From: Nanobdellota archaeon | GTDB taxonomy: Archaea; Nanobdellota; Nanobdellia; SCGC-AAA011-G17; PNOQ01 | Assembly: GCA_018829185.1 (NCBI GenBank) | Contig: JAHJUI010000019.1 | Coordinates: 5,757 to 69,756, forward strand | Reading direction: 5' to 3' | DNA length: 64,000 nucleotides | Shown: positions 34,648 to 44,399 of the stretch, one piece after another | Layout of the letters: each line of letters begins with the position of its first letter | Position numbering within the stretch: position 1 is the stretch's first letter | Position numbers and translations under genes: made by a program | The notes under the pieces: model-generated | The model's input: only the letters and a program-made list of their open reading frames with translations | Told to the model about the DNA's origin: nothing | Database searches by the model: none

Positions 34648-37515
34648 TGATATTTTAAATTTCTTTCCTTTAATTTCATATTCTTTTGATTCTTTAAACT
34701 TTTTATCTTCGAATACTAATTTAGAATTAGTTGTTTTTTGAATTTCATCTGTCCATTCTTTTAATGAGTAATCTGAAACTACCGAAAGCTCAATTTTGTC
34801 TTGTTTTTGCAGACCTGCTTTCTTTCTCATTTGTTGGGCTCTTCTAATTATTTCACGGGCAAAACCTTCTTGTTCTAGTTCTGGTGTAACTTCTTGATCA
34901 AAAACTACTTGGAATTCTTTTCCTTTTTTAATCTCTAATTTTTTAACATTAAGTTTTTTCTGTATCAGTTTTTTTAGTTCCTTTGCAGAACCTAATGTAT
35001 CTATTACTCTTACTTCTGCTAAACTTAATGGCCATTTAACTCCAAGTCCTATTTTTTCCCTTTCTGCTAATCCTTTTTCGATTACTAAAAATGCGGATTC
35101 AAATAAAGCTTCCAATTTTTTATTTATTTTTTTGGGATCTGCTTTTGGCCAATCTGTTAAATGAACAGATTCTTTCTTTTCTATGTCTTTGAAATATTTT
35201 TGATAAATATGTTCTGTTAAGAACGGCACATATGGTGCCATTAATTGTATTACTGTGTAAATTGATTTGTATAAACAATAAACTGCTGCCTGTTTGTTAT
35301 GGCCAGATTCATCTTGAACTCTGTCTCTAATTAATTGAATGTAACCTCTAGATAAATCATTTATGAAAAACTCTTGAACTGAAACCGCCGTTGTATTTGG
35401 ATTGTAAGTTTCTAGGTTATGTGTAGCTTCTTTTACTAACTTATTTAACTTTGATAAAATCCAATCATCTTCTGCTTCAAACTTTTTTGGTGTTTTTGGT
35501 TTCCCTTCTGAGGATTGTGACAAATAATTACAAAGATTGAATAACATTGTTAAATTTCTTTGCATTTCTTTTGACTCGGTGTATCCAAAATTTACATTTG
35601 TTGTTAAATTATGTATAGAATATTGCCACCTTAAGATATCTGCACCTACTTTTTCTACTGCTTCATTAAACCATACTGCATTTCCCCATGATTTGTGCAT
35701 TGGTCTGCCTAGCTCATCATTAACCTTTTCATGGGTTAGGACTGTTTTGTATGGTGGTTTGTTTTCTAATGCTACTGACATGAACAATAAAGAATAAAAC
35801 CATAATCTAATTTGTTCTCTCATTTCCAACACTAATTCTGCCGGGAACCATTTTTTCCAATAAGCTTTATCTTGAATGTAATTTAATGTTGAGTAAGGTA
35901 CAATTCCTGCGTCAAGCCAACAATCTCCTACTTCCGGAATTCTGGTTGCTTCTTTATCACATTTTGAACATTTAATTTTTACATCATCTATCCAGGGTTT
36001 GTGAAGTTCTTTTAGTTTATCGAATCCGCTTGTTGCTACTTTCTTTAATTCTTCTTTTGAAGATATGAATGTTTCATGTCCATCTGGGCAAATCCAAATT
36101 GGCAACGGTAGCCCCCAATATCTTTTTCTTGAGATAGACCAATCTGACATGCTGTCTAACCAGTTTTGCATTAGCTTTCCTGCATGTTCTGGTTGCCAAT
36201 TTACTTTTTCAGCTGCTTTTTTCATTAAAGGACGTATTTCGTCTACTTTGATAAACCAAGAATCAACTAAACGGAATACTAATTCTTCTTTGCAACGCCA
36301 ACAAGTTGGATAACGGTGTGCATAATCTGTTGTTTTGAACAAGAAATTTCTTTTTCCAAGATCTTCTATGACCATTTCTTTTGTTTCTTTTACATGTTTT
36401 CCAGTAAATTGATTAAAATTTTCTATGAAATATCCATTTTCATCCAAAGGAGATATTGCTTCTAATTTTTCTTTTTTACCTAATTCAAAGTCTTCTGCAC
36501 CGCAACCTGGAGCAATATGGACTATTCCTGTTCCTTCTTCTTCTCCCACTAAATCCCAAGCAAGTACTCTGTGTTTTATTCCTTTTTGCGCATCTAGATA
36601 ATCAAAAGGTCCTTTGTATTCTAGGCCTACAAGTTTTTTTCCTTTTAATGTTTCTAGTTCTTTGAAATTTTTTCCTAAACAATCTGTTGTTTGTTTTGAT
36701 AAATATAAAATTTCATTATCTTTCTTTACTTTTACATAATCTAAATCTGGATGAACTGCTGCTGCAACATTGCTTGTTAATGTCCAAGGCGTTGTTGTCC
36801 AAACTAATAAAAATTCATTTTCTTTTCCTTTTATTGGGAACTTTAAATATAATGAAGTGTGCGTCATTTCTTCGTAAGCTTCAATCATTTCATGATGACT
36901 TACTGAAGTTCCACATCTTGAACACCAAGGTTGGACTCTATGTCCTTTGAAAAGCCATTTCTTATCATAACATTTTTTTAATAATAACCAAATATGTTCT
37001 ATATTGTTATCATCCATTGTGTAATAAGAATTCTCCCAATCATTCCATTGACCAAGTCTAATGGACTGATCTGTTATAATTTTAGTGTATTTGTAAACAC
37101 GATTTTTGCAATATTTTGAGAATTTATCTAATCCGTATTTTTCAATATCTTTTTTATTTTTTAGTTTAAGGTCTTTTTCTGCTTCTACTTCAACCCAAAG
37201 ACCTTGACAATCAAAACCGTTTTGCCATCTTTGATCAAAACCTTGCATTGCTTTAAATCTTTGATATACATCTTTTATTGTTCTTCCCCAGACATGGTGG
37301 ATTCCCATCTTATTGTTTGCAGTTATAGGGCCATCTATGAAAGACCAAGGTTTGTTTTTTGAATTTTTTTTTCTTAATTTATCAAAAATCTTGTTCTTTT
37401 CCCAAAATTTCAATATTTCCAGTTCTAATTCGTTTGGGTCGTACATCTTAATTCTGACAGTTTGGTCAATATTTAAAAAGTTTGTTATTGAACTGGATAT
37501 TTGGACATTTGCCAT
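34636..37515 (-). CDS. ileS: isoleucyl-tRNA synthetase (divergent class I signature motifs)
   Basis: GFDCQGLWVE (GWD.HGLP), WCSRCGTSVSHHE (CP1 / zinc region), DWSISRKRYWGLPLPIW (DWCISRQRYWG) and a C-terminal Cys-rich region. The HIGH position reads GIHH and the KMSKS position reads PMHKS. Confidence 0.7.
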   Translation of the reverse strand: MANVQISSSITNFLNIDQTVRIKMYDPNELELEILKFWEKNKIFDKLRKKNSKNKPWSFIDGPITANNKMGIHHVWGRTIKDVYQRFKAMQGFDQRWQNGFDCQGLWVEVEAEKDLKLKNKKDIEKYGLDKFSKYCKNRVYKYTKIITDQSIRLGQWNDWENSYYTMDDNNIEHIWLLLKKCYDKKWLFKGHRVQPWCSRCGTSVSHHEMIEAYEEMTHTSLYLKFPIKGKENEFLLVWTTTPWTLTSNVAAAVHPDLDYVKVKKDNEILYLSKQTTDCLGKNFKELETLKGKKLVGLEYKGPFDYLDAQKGIKHRVLAWDLVGEEEGTGIVHIAPGCGAEDFELGKKEKLEAISPLDENGYFIENFNQFTGKHVKETKEMVIEDLGKRNFLFKTTDYAHRYPTCWRCKEELVFRLVDSWFIKVDEIRPLMKKAAEKVNWQPEHAGKLMQNWLDSMSDWSISRKRYWGLPLPIWICPDGHETFISSKEELKKVATSGFDKLKELHKPWIDDVKIKCSKCDKEATRIPEVGDCWLDAGIVPYSTLNYIQDKAYWKKWFPAELVLEMREQIRLWFYSLLFMSVALENKPPYKTVLTHEKVNDELGRPMHKSWGNAVWFNEAVEKVGADILRWQYSIHNLTTNVNFGYTESKEMQRNLTMLFNLCNYLSQSSEGKPKTPKKFEAEDDWILSKLNKLVKEATHNLETYNPNTTAVSVQEFFINDLSRGYIQLIRDRVQDESGHNKQAAVYCLYKSIYTVIQLMAPYVPFLTEHIYQKYFKDIEKKESVHLTDWPKADPKKINKKLEALFESAFLVIEKGLAEREKIGLGVKWPLSLAEVRVIDTLGSAKELKKLIQKKLNVKKLEIKKGKEFQVVFDQEVTPELEQEGFAREIIRRAQQMRKKAGLQKQDKIELSVVSDYSLKEWTDEIQKTTNSKLVFEDKKFKESKEYEIKGKKFKISLRI

Positions 37516-37568
37516 TTACTTGCACAATGCTTATAAATGTGGCCTAATTCTCAATTGGGAAGGGTAAA

Positions 37569-38519
37569 ATGAGCACAATTTGGACTGAAAAGTACAGGCC
37601 ACAGACTTTTGATGAGATTAAAGGGCAAGATAAAATAGTCGATAGAGTGAAAGCTTTTGTTGATCAAAAAAATATGCCCCATTTGTTATTTGCTGGTCCT
37701 GCGGGGGTTGGAAAGACTACGTTATCCCTAGTTATAGCCAAACAAATGTTTAAAGAAGATTGGCAATATAATTTTCTTGAGTTGAATGCTTCTGATGAGC
37801 GCGGGATTGATATTGTTAGAAATAAAATTAAAGATTTTGCAAGAACTAAGTCTATTAAAGATGTTCCTTTCAAAATTATTTATTTGGACGAATGTGATTC
37901 TCTTACAAAAGAAGCCCAGCAAGCGTTAAGAAGAACAATGGAGAACTACACAAATACTTGTAGGTTTATTTTAAGTTGTAATTATTCAAGTAAAATTCTA
38001 GATCCTATTCAAAGTAGGTGTACTGTTTTTAGATTTAAACCCTTAGAAGAAAAGGATATCAAGGACATCATAAAAAATATTGCCCATACTGAAAAACTTA
38101 AAGTTAGTGATAGTGCAATCAAAGTTTTAATTGAGGTGACTGGCGGAGATGCAAGGAGATTAGAAAATATCTTACAGAGTTGTTCTGTAATCAGTAAAAA
38201 TATTGATGATAATTTAATATTTGATATTGTTAGTGCTGCAAAACCAAAAGAAGTATTAGATATTTTGAAGTGGAGTAGCCAGGGTGAATTCATAAGAGCT
38301 AGAGATCTACTTTTAGATACAATGTTGAAACATGGGCTAAGTGGTTTTGATATTATAAAACAAATACAAAAAGAAATATGGAGCTTGGAGGTAGAAGATA
38401 AAGTAAAACTAAAGATGAGTGAAAAATGTGGAGAAACCGAGTTTAGGATGGTGGAGGGTAGTGATGAATTTTTGCAACTCGAAAGTATGCTTGCTAGTTT
38501 TGCTTTGATAGGAAAATGA
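37569..38519 (+). CDS. rfcS: replication factor C small subunit
   Basis: GPAGVGKTT, LDECD, SRC (IQSRCTVFRF), and sensor 2. Confidence 0.9.
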   Translation: MSTIWTEKYRPQTFDEIKGQDKIVDRVKAFVDQKNMPHLLFAGPAGVGKTTLSLVIAKQMFKEDWQYNFLELNASDERGIDIVRNKIKDFARTKSIKDVPFKIIYLDECDSLTKEAQQALRRTMENYTNTCRFILSCNYSSKILDPIQSRCTVFRFKPLEEKDIKDIIKNIAHTEKLKVSDSAIKVLIEVTGGDARRLENILQSCSVISKNIDDNLIFDIVSAAKPKEVLDILKWSSQGEFIRARDLLLDTMLKHGLSGFDIIKQIQKEIWSLEVEDKVKLKMSEKCGETEFRMVEGSDEFLQLESMLASFALIGK

Positions 38520-39763
38520 ACTTTTTAAAAAATATATTTGGAAAAAAAGAACCTGATGTGGAATTTGTAGATTTAGATGAATTAGATGCATGGTTAGTCA
38601 ATAGGGTTGATATTTTAAAGAATCTTAAGATTACAATTAAGGAATGCTATGATGAAGTTAGAACTTTGATGGAAGAAACAGAAAAGAAATTAGATGTATT
38701 AAGCACAGTTAGTGTTGAGGAAGAACAAGTTCCAGAGAAATTGAAACAAATTGTTAAGGGAAATAGAGATATTTATGTCCAAGGTTGTTCTATCTTATTG
38801 CGGAAACTTGCTCCTCCGGTTATTACTGATTATAAAACTGCTGAAGAGTATATTGAAAAATTTAAAGAAGAAATTAATTCTTTTAATAAAAAGGGTGCTA
38901 GAAATTTTAGTATTGCTCAGAATTTGATTGGTAAGGAATTAGTTAGTATAGTGGACAGTTTAAAGGAAATGATCTTTATTGTTAAGAACTTGAAGAAAAG
39001 GTTAGAAGAAGATAAACCAAAATTACAAGAATATGAAGATGTTTTGACTAAAATAGGGGGATTAAGAAAAGATATTCTATCCTGTAGAGAAAATGAAAAC
39101 TATCAATTAATGATGGTTGAAGAAGTTTCTAGACTTAAGGAAGAACAAGAAAGGATAGAAAGTAAAATTTCTAAACTTAAGAAGAGTAAAGACCTTTTGA
39201 AATTAGAAAATGATAAAGTTAATTTACGGGATATTGAGATTTCTAAACAAAATAAGTTTGACAAAATAATTGATTTATTTTCTAAAGTTGATAAAGCTCT
39301 TAAGAAATATAATAATTTAAATGAAAATGAATTGATTACGGCTTATTTGAAAAGTTCTACTAATGCATTAAAACAGGATAGAGACTTACAAATTGTTGAA
39401 ACTGCTAGAAAAATTAAAACGATGATCGATGATCGGAAATTGGACATAAGTGATGATAAAAGGGTAAGGATTTTAGAAGGGTTAACTAAATTGGACAAAG
39501 ATTCTCTTTATGGATTAAGGATTGCTTTCATTGAAGCCGAAAAAGAGGAAGAAGTTTTAAGGAAAAGAGTTCTAGACAATAAAATTTTAGAAGACATTAA
39601 AGAAGAAGAAATGAGATTAAAGGAAATTAAAGACGAAATAAAAAAAGAAAAAAATAAAGAAATTGAATTTGTTGATCTAGAAAAAGAAAAAATAGAAATA
39701 CAAACCGATATCCTTAGGATGACCGGCACCGAAGTAAAAATTGAAAATGAAGCTTTGGACTAA
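38516..39763 (+). CDS. coiled-coil hypothetical protein inserted between the rfcS and rfcL genes
   Basis: 415 aa, E/K-rich heptad repeats throughout. Overlaps rfcS by 4 nt and rfcL by 23 nt. Confidence 0.45.
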   Translation: MNFLKNIFGKKEPDVEFVDLDELDAWLVNRVDILKNLKITIKECYDEVRTLMEETEKKLDVLSTVSVEEEQVPEKLKQIVKGNRDIYVQGCSILLRKLAPPVITDYKTAEEYIEKFKEEINSFNKKGARNFSIAQNLIGKELVSIVDSLKEMIFIVKNLKKRLEEDKPKLQEYEDVLTKIGGLRKDILSCRENENYQLMMVEEVSRLKEEQERIESKISKLKKSKDLLKLENDKVNLRDIEISKQNKFDKIIDLFSKVDKALKKYNNLNENELITAYLKSSTNALKQDRDLQIVETARKIKTMIDDRKLDISDDKRVRILEGLTKLDKDSLYGLRIAFIEAEKEEEVLRKRVLDNKILEDIKEEEMRLKEIKDEIKKEKNKEIEFVDLEKEKIEIQTDILRMTGTEVKIENEALD

Positions 39764-40946
39764 AAAATATCAACCAACTAAATTGAAGGATGTTCAAGCT
39801 CATGAAAAAGCTATTTATGACTTGAAAGATTATGTTGTTAATTATAAATTTCAAAAGAAAAAAGCTGCCTTGATTTATGGCCCTACTGGTTCTGGGAAAA
39901 CTTGTAGTGTTTATGCTTTAGCAAAAGAAAGTGATTTAGAAGTAGTTGAAATGAATGCCTCTTCTTTTAGAAATAAAGACAATATTAATGAAATCATCGG
40001 TGGATCTATTGGTCAAGCTAGTTTATTTAATAAAGGAAAAATAATTTTAATTGATGAGGTTGATGGTTTAAGCGGGATGAAAGATCGTGGCGGAGTTCAA
40101 GCATTAGTTACTCTTTTGAGTAAAAGCAGTTTTCCAATTATTTTAACTGCTAACGATCCTTGGCAAAGTAAGTTAAGTTCCCTGAGAATGAAATGTAAAA
40201 TGATTGAATTTCAAACTTTGAGTTACATTTCTATTTTTAATGTTTTAAGAAAGATTGCAACTTTGGAGAAAGTAAGAGTTCATGATGATATTTTAAAGAA
40301 GATTGCTACAAGTGTTGGGGGGGATTTAAGGGCTGCTATCTCTGATTTACAAACTTTATCGAGCGGCAAGAAAGTTATTGTTAAGGAAGATTTAGAGGTC
40401 CTTGGTGAAAGAAACAAAAAAGAAAATATTTTTGAGGCTTTGAAAATAATTTTAAAAAGTAAAGATGCTGATGTTGTTTTGGGTTCTTTAGACAATTTAG
40501 ATGAAAATTTTGATGAAGTCTTTTTATGGTTGGATGAGAATTTACCCATTGAATATAAAAATAATTTGGACCTGGCTAGGGGCTTTAATTATTTAAGTAA
40601 GGCGGATATTTTTAGGGGGAGGATTCGTAGATGGCAGCATTGGAGGTTTTTAGTTTATGAAAGGGTATTTTTAACTGTGGGTATTGCATTGTCAAAAGAT
40701 AAGAAATATTTTGGTTTTCAAAGATATAAAAGAACGCAAAGAATTTTGAAATATTGGAAAGCTAAAATGAAGTATGCTCAAAGGAATTCTATTGCAGAAA
40801 AAATTGCTATGAAAATACATAGTTCTTCTAAAAAAGTTTTAAGAGACGAATTGCCTTATTTTAAAATTATCTTTAAAAATAATGGGCAAGATATTGCTAA
40901 AGAATTAGATTTAGATGAGAAAGAAATTGCTTGGTTTAACAAATAG
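39741..40946 (+). CDS. rfcL: replication factor C large subunit
   Basis: WTKKYQP, GPTGSGKT, IDEVDG and the AAA+ lid, in the clamp-loader large-subunit arrangement. Confidence 0.8.
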   Translation: MKMKLWTKKYQPTKLKDVQAHEKAIYDLKDYVVNYKFQKKKAALIYGPTGSGKTCSVYALAKESDLEVVEMNASSFRNKDNINEIIGGSIGQASLFNKGKIILIDEVDGLSGMKDRGGVQALVTLLSKSSFPIILTANDPWQSKLSSLRMKCKMIEFQTLSYISIFNVLRKIATLEKVRVHDDILKKIATSVGGDLRAAISDLQTLSSGKKVIVKEDLEVLGERNKKENIFEALKIILKSKDADVVLGSLDNLDENFDEVFLWLDENLPIEYKNNLDLARGFNYLSKADIFRGRIRRWQHWRFLVYERVFLTVGIALSKDKKYFGFQRYKRTQRILKYWKAKMKYAQRNSIAEKIAMKIHSSSKKVLRDELPYFKIIFKNNGQDIAKELDLDEKEIAWFNK

Positions 40947-40981
40947 AAAAATTAATAAGTTAGTTTAAGTTCTAATTTTTT

Positions 40982-41299
40982 ATGTCTTTAAAAGAGATTC
41001 AAGATGAATTTGATAAGTGGGCACAGAAATGTGATCCCCCTTATTGGAAACCTCATGAAATTATGGCTAGGTTAATTGAGGAAGTTGGTGAACTTGCTAG
41101 AGAAATTAATCACCGGTATGGTCCAAAAAAGAAAAAATCTAGTGAAGAAACAAAAGAAATCGCTGATGAAATAAATGACATTATCATTACTCTGATTTGT
41201 ATGGCTAATTCTCATGGTATTGACTTAAATGAAGCAATGGAAAGAACAATGCAGAAGATAAAGGAAAGGGATACTGAAAGGTTTGAAGCAAAAAATTAA
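40982..41299 (+). CDS. MazG-like nucleoside triphosphate pyrophosphohydrolase
   Basis: EEVGELAREI...EIADEINDIIITLICMA, the EExxE...E..D all-alpha NTP-PPase pattern. Confidence 0.65.
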   Translation: MSLKEIQDEFDKWAQKCDPPYWKPHEIMARLIEEVGELAREINHRYGPKKKKSSEETKEIADEINDIIITLICMANSHGIDLNEAMERTMQKIKERDTERFEAKN

Positions 41300-41324
41300 T
41301 AAATGGCAATAAGAAATTAATTTT

Positions 41325-41558
41325 ATGAACATCACAAAAGACACATTTGAAAAAAGCGTTGTTAAAACATTGAGTTATAGACTTAGTTCTTCTTTGATTA
41401 CCTCTATGCTGATTTATATCTTTACCAGACAATGGAAAATTTCTTTTTTTATTGGCGGAATTGACTTTTTTGTTAAACTAATTTGGTATTATGCTCATGA
41501 GAGGTTATGGAATCATTCTGATTGGGGTGAGACTTTACCTAAAAAAGGTAAAAAATGA
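41325..41558 (+). CDS. small membrane protein, hypothetical
   Basis: ORF track; two predicted TM helices. Confidence 0.3.
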   Translation: MNITKDTFEKSVVKTLSYRLSSSLITSMLIYIFTRQWKISFFIGGIDFFVKLIWYYAHERLWNHSDWGETLPKKGKK

Positions 41559-41592
41559 AAAGTTTTATATTAAATTGAAAACATTCTATTTT

Positions 41593-42930
41593 ATGGCTTA
41601 TAATATAATTGTTGGGAGGACTGAATCTGACAGGAAAAAACTTGGGGAAAGGGGCACTATTTTCTTAGGAAAGGGCTATGTTAAAATGGGCCAAACTACT
41701 TCTTTAAGTAATAATTTGTTTATTGATGTCGCAAGAAGCCACGTAATGCTTGTTAGCGGTAAAAGGGGGACTGGTAAGAGTTGGACTCTTGGTGTAATTG
41801 CAGAAGAATTGAGTAGTTTAGAAACAGAAGTTTCTCAAAATATTGCAACTGTTATTTTTGATACTATGGGTATTTTCTGGACGATGGTTTATCCGAATAC
41901 AAGAGAAGAAGAATTATTAAGAAGTTGGAAGTTGGCTCCAAGACAATTTGACACTGTAGATATTTATACCCCCAAAGGTTATTTTACTGAACAAACAAAA
42001 AGGGGGGTTCCTTCCAAGTTTAAGTTTTCAATTAAACCAAGCGAATTAGATGTTGGTGATTGGTGTAATGTTTTTGGGGTTGAATTAACTGAACCAATTG
42101 GGATCATGATTTCTAGGATTATTGACGGTTTAAAAGAAAAGAAAAATTATGGTTTGGATGATATTATTAAAGATGTTAAAAAGGATAAGAGGACAGACAG
42201 ACATGTTCAAGATGCTGTAGAGAATCTATTTGTTTCTGTTATTGGTTGGGGGTTATTTAGTGACACTGGAACAAAAATAAAAGATATTGTGAAAAGGGGG
42301 AGGGTTAGTGTTATTGATATTAGTTGTTATACCCATGTTGCAGGTAATTGGAGCATTAAGAGTTTAGTTATTGGATTAATTTGTAAAAAATTACTTAATG
42401 AAAGAATTTTTTATAGAAAATTAGAAGAAGTAAAAGCGATAGAAGCGGGAAGAAGTTATTTTGGACTTGAAAGGGGAGATGGGGGTAAACAAGAGATGCC
42501 AATTGTTTGGATTTTGATCGATGAAGCTCATGAATTCTTACCTAAAGAAGGGAAAACTGCTGCTACAGATATTTTAGTGCAATTGCTTAGAGAAGGTAGG
42601 CAACCAGGAATATCTATGGTTTTAGCTACACAACAACCCGGAGAGATTCATAAGGATGTTATGACCCAAAGTGATATTGTAATTAGTCATAGAATTACTG
42701 CTAAGAAGGATATTGATGCTTTGAATAATATGATGCAAAGTTATTTGACCAGCGATATTCAGAGATATATTAATGATTTGCCCAGGTTGAAAGGTTCTGC
42801 TATTATTTTAGATGATAATTCTGAAAGAATTTATCCAATGAGGGTTAAACCAAGAGTTACGTGGCATGGCGGAGAAGCACCAATTAGCGTCCCTGTAAAA
42901 AGAAAGGCTTTACTTGATTTGGGATTATGA
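41593..42930 (+). CDS. HerA-like (DUF87 / FtsK-HerA superfamily) ATPase
   Basis: Start moved to M35 of the tracked ORF, beginning MAYNIIVGRTESD (HerA-type HAS-barrel start). Walker A SGKRGTGKS, Walker B VWILIDEAHEFL, and ATQQPGEI...VISHRIT. Confidence 0.6.
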   Translation: MAYNIIVGRTESDRKKLGERGTIFLGKGYVKMGQTTSLSNNLFIDVARSHVMLVSGKRGTGKSWTLGVIAEELSSLETEVSQNIATVIFDTMGIFWTMVYPNTREEELLRSWKLAPRQFDTVDIYTPKGYFTEQTKRGVPSKFKFSIKPSELDVGDWCNVFGVELTEPIGIMISRIIDGLKEKKNYGLDDIIKDVKKDKRTDRHVQDAVENLFVSVIGWGLFSDTGTKIKDIVKRGRVSVIDISCYTHVAGNWSIKSLVIGLICKKLLNERIFYRKLEEVKAIEAGRSYFGLERGDGGKQEMPIVWILIDEAHEFLPKEGKTAATDILVQLLREGRQPGISMVLATQQPGEIHKDVMTQSDIVISHRITAKKDIDALNNMMQSYLTSDIQRYINDLPRLKGSAIILDDNSERIYPMRVKPRVTWHGGEAPISVPVKRKALLDLGL

Positions 42931-43511
42931 AAAAGGTTTATAACAAAATTTTGGATAAGGCAATACCTTATTATGAAGGGGGGCGTTCTTATGATATTCC
43001 TCAAATTGGGTGGATGTTAAAAGAGGCTAGAAAAATTCTTAAAAAAATTAATTTAAGAGAAGGACTAATTTTTCCAATAATAATTTTACACGATATTGGC
43101 TATTCTGCGGTGGATGAAAAAAATCCAAATGTTAAGGAAATTGGAACAAAGAAAATTCATATGGAAGAAGGGGCAAAAATAGCTGAACAAATTCTTAGGA
43201 AATTAAATTATGACAAAGAGTTTGTAGAAAAAATTGTTTATTATATTTCTGTACATGATAACTGGGTTTTAGGTGATGATGAACCTTTTAAAGAATGCAA
43301 AGAAATGGCTTTGTTTAATGATTTAGATTTTTTAGTGGGGATCAGATCTAAAGAGATGTTTGATTTAAGGGCAGAATCTATGGAAATTGCTCCGTCAGAG
43401 ATGTTTAACTCTCTTTTAAAAGAAGAAAAATTAAAAAGAAGACCATTTTGTTGTAAGGAAACCAAAGAATTATTTAGCCAGTTAATGGGTGATCGGAAAA
43501 AAGAATTATAA
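42927..43511 (+). CDS. HD-domain phosphohydrolase
   Basis: IILHDIGY (H..HD) and a later H...D. ATGA overlap with the HerA-like gene at 42927-42930. Confidence 0.6.
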   Translation: MKKVYNKILDKAIPYYEGGRSYDIPQIGWMLKEARKILKKINLREGLIFPIIILHDIGYSAVDEKNPNVKEIGTKKIHMEEGAKIAEQILRKLNYDKEFVEKIVYYISVHDNWVLGDDEPFKECKEMALFNDLDFLVGIRSKEMFDLRAESMEIAPSEMFNSLLKEEKLKRRPFCCKETKELFSQLMGDRKKEL

Positions 43512-44387
43512 AATTTTAAAATCAAAACGAACTCTGTATTTGTAAGGTGAGAATTTTCCACATTTTTGTATTTTTAGAAGTTTGTATTTTTTTGTGTACT
43601 TTTCTATTTCTTCTTTTCCTGCTTTTGGGATGTCTTTTTCATTTAGGAAAATGTAGAAATGTAATATTCCATTTTTCTTTGTTTTTTTAATTGCTAGATC
43701 TAGGAAACTTTTTCCATGCATGGGATACGGCATTAAAACTCTATCAAATTTCTTTTTTATTTTTGGTAGAATTTCTTTTACATCTCCCTTGTAAAGTTTT
43801 ATGTTTTTGAATTTGTTTAATTTTATGTTTTCTTCTGCATATTTATGCGCTGTTGGATTGATTTCTATTCCAACTATCTCTTTTGGTTTTGAATGTCTTG
43901 CAATTACTAAAGGATATACTGCTGTTCCTGAGAACATTACTAAAACTGATTCTCCTTTTTTTACTTTATTTGCTACTCTAAGTCTTTCTGTGCTAAGTCT
44001 TGGTGAAAAATAACATTTTTCTACGTCTAGTTTAACTTTTATTTCATTTTCTTTGTATAACGTGTGTTTTCTTTTTTCCCCAGCAAGAATCTTTAATTTT
44101 CTTAAACGGTAGATTCCTGAATGTTTTTTTACTTTCTTTGTAATAACTTTTAAATTCTTATGTAGCTTTAGTAAAGTTTCTGCGATTATCTTTTCTTTTT
44201 TTTCTATTTCTGGTTTTATTTCTAAAATCGCTATATCCCCAATTGTATCATAAGCTGAGGGAACTAGGAAAAGTTGCTTTTTTGTTAATTTATCCTTTAA
44301 AGCTAATTTTAGGTCCTGTGATTGCATAATTTTGATTTGTATTTGGGGGTTAAAAATGTTTTGGAAAGATTTATATATTCTGAACAC
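43506..44387 (-). CDS. class I SAM-dependent methyltransferase, Trm5/Taw2-like (tRNA m1G37 / wybutosine family)
   Basis: VLVMFSGTAVYPLVIAR (motif I), IVGIEINPTAHKYAEENIKLNK, and the N-terminal Trm5-type domain. Confidence 0.6.
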   Translation of the reverse strand: MFRIYKSFQNIFNPQIQIKIMQSQDLKLALKDKLTKKQLFLVPSAYDTIGDIAILEIKPEIEKKEKIIAETLLKLHKNLKVITKKVKKHSGIYRLRKLKILAGEKRKHTLYKENEIKVKLDVEKCYFSPRLSTERLRVANKVKKGESVLVMFSGTAVYPLVIARHSKPKEIVGIEINPTAHKYAEENIKLNKFKNIKLYKGDVKEILPKIKKKFDRVLMPYPMHGKSFLDLAIKKTKKNGILHFYIFLNEKDIPKAGKEEIEKYTKKYKLLKIQKCGKFSPYKYRVRFDFKIL

Positions 44388-44399
44388 AGGAAAAATAAT

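Noticed and set aside
36065-36950. Several 69-87 aa plus-strand ORFs within the ileS region
   Set aside because: Antisense to the aminoacyl-tRNA synthetase gene.
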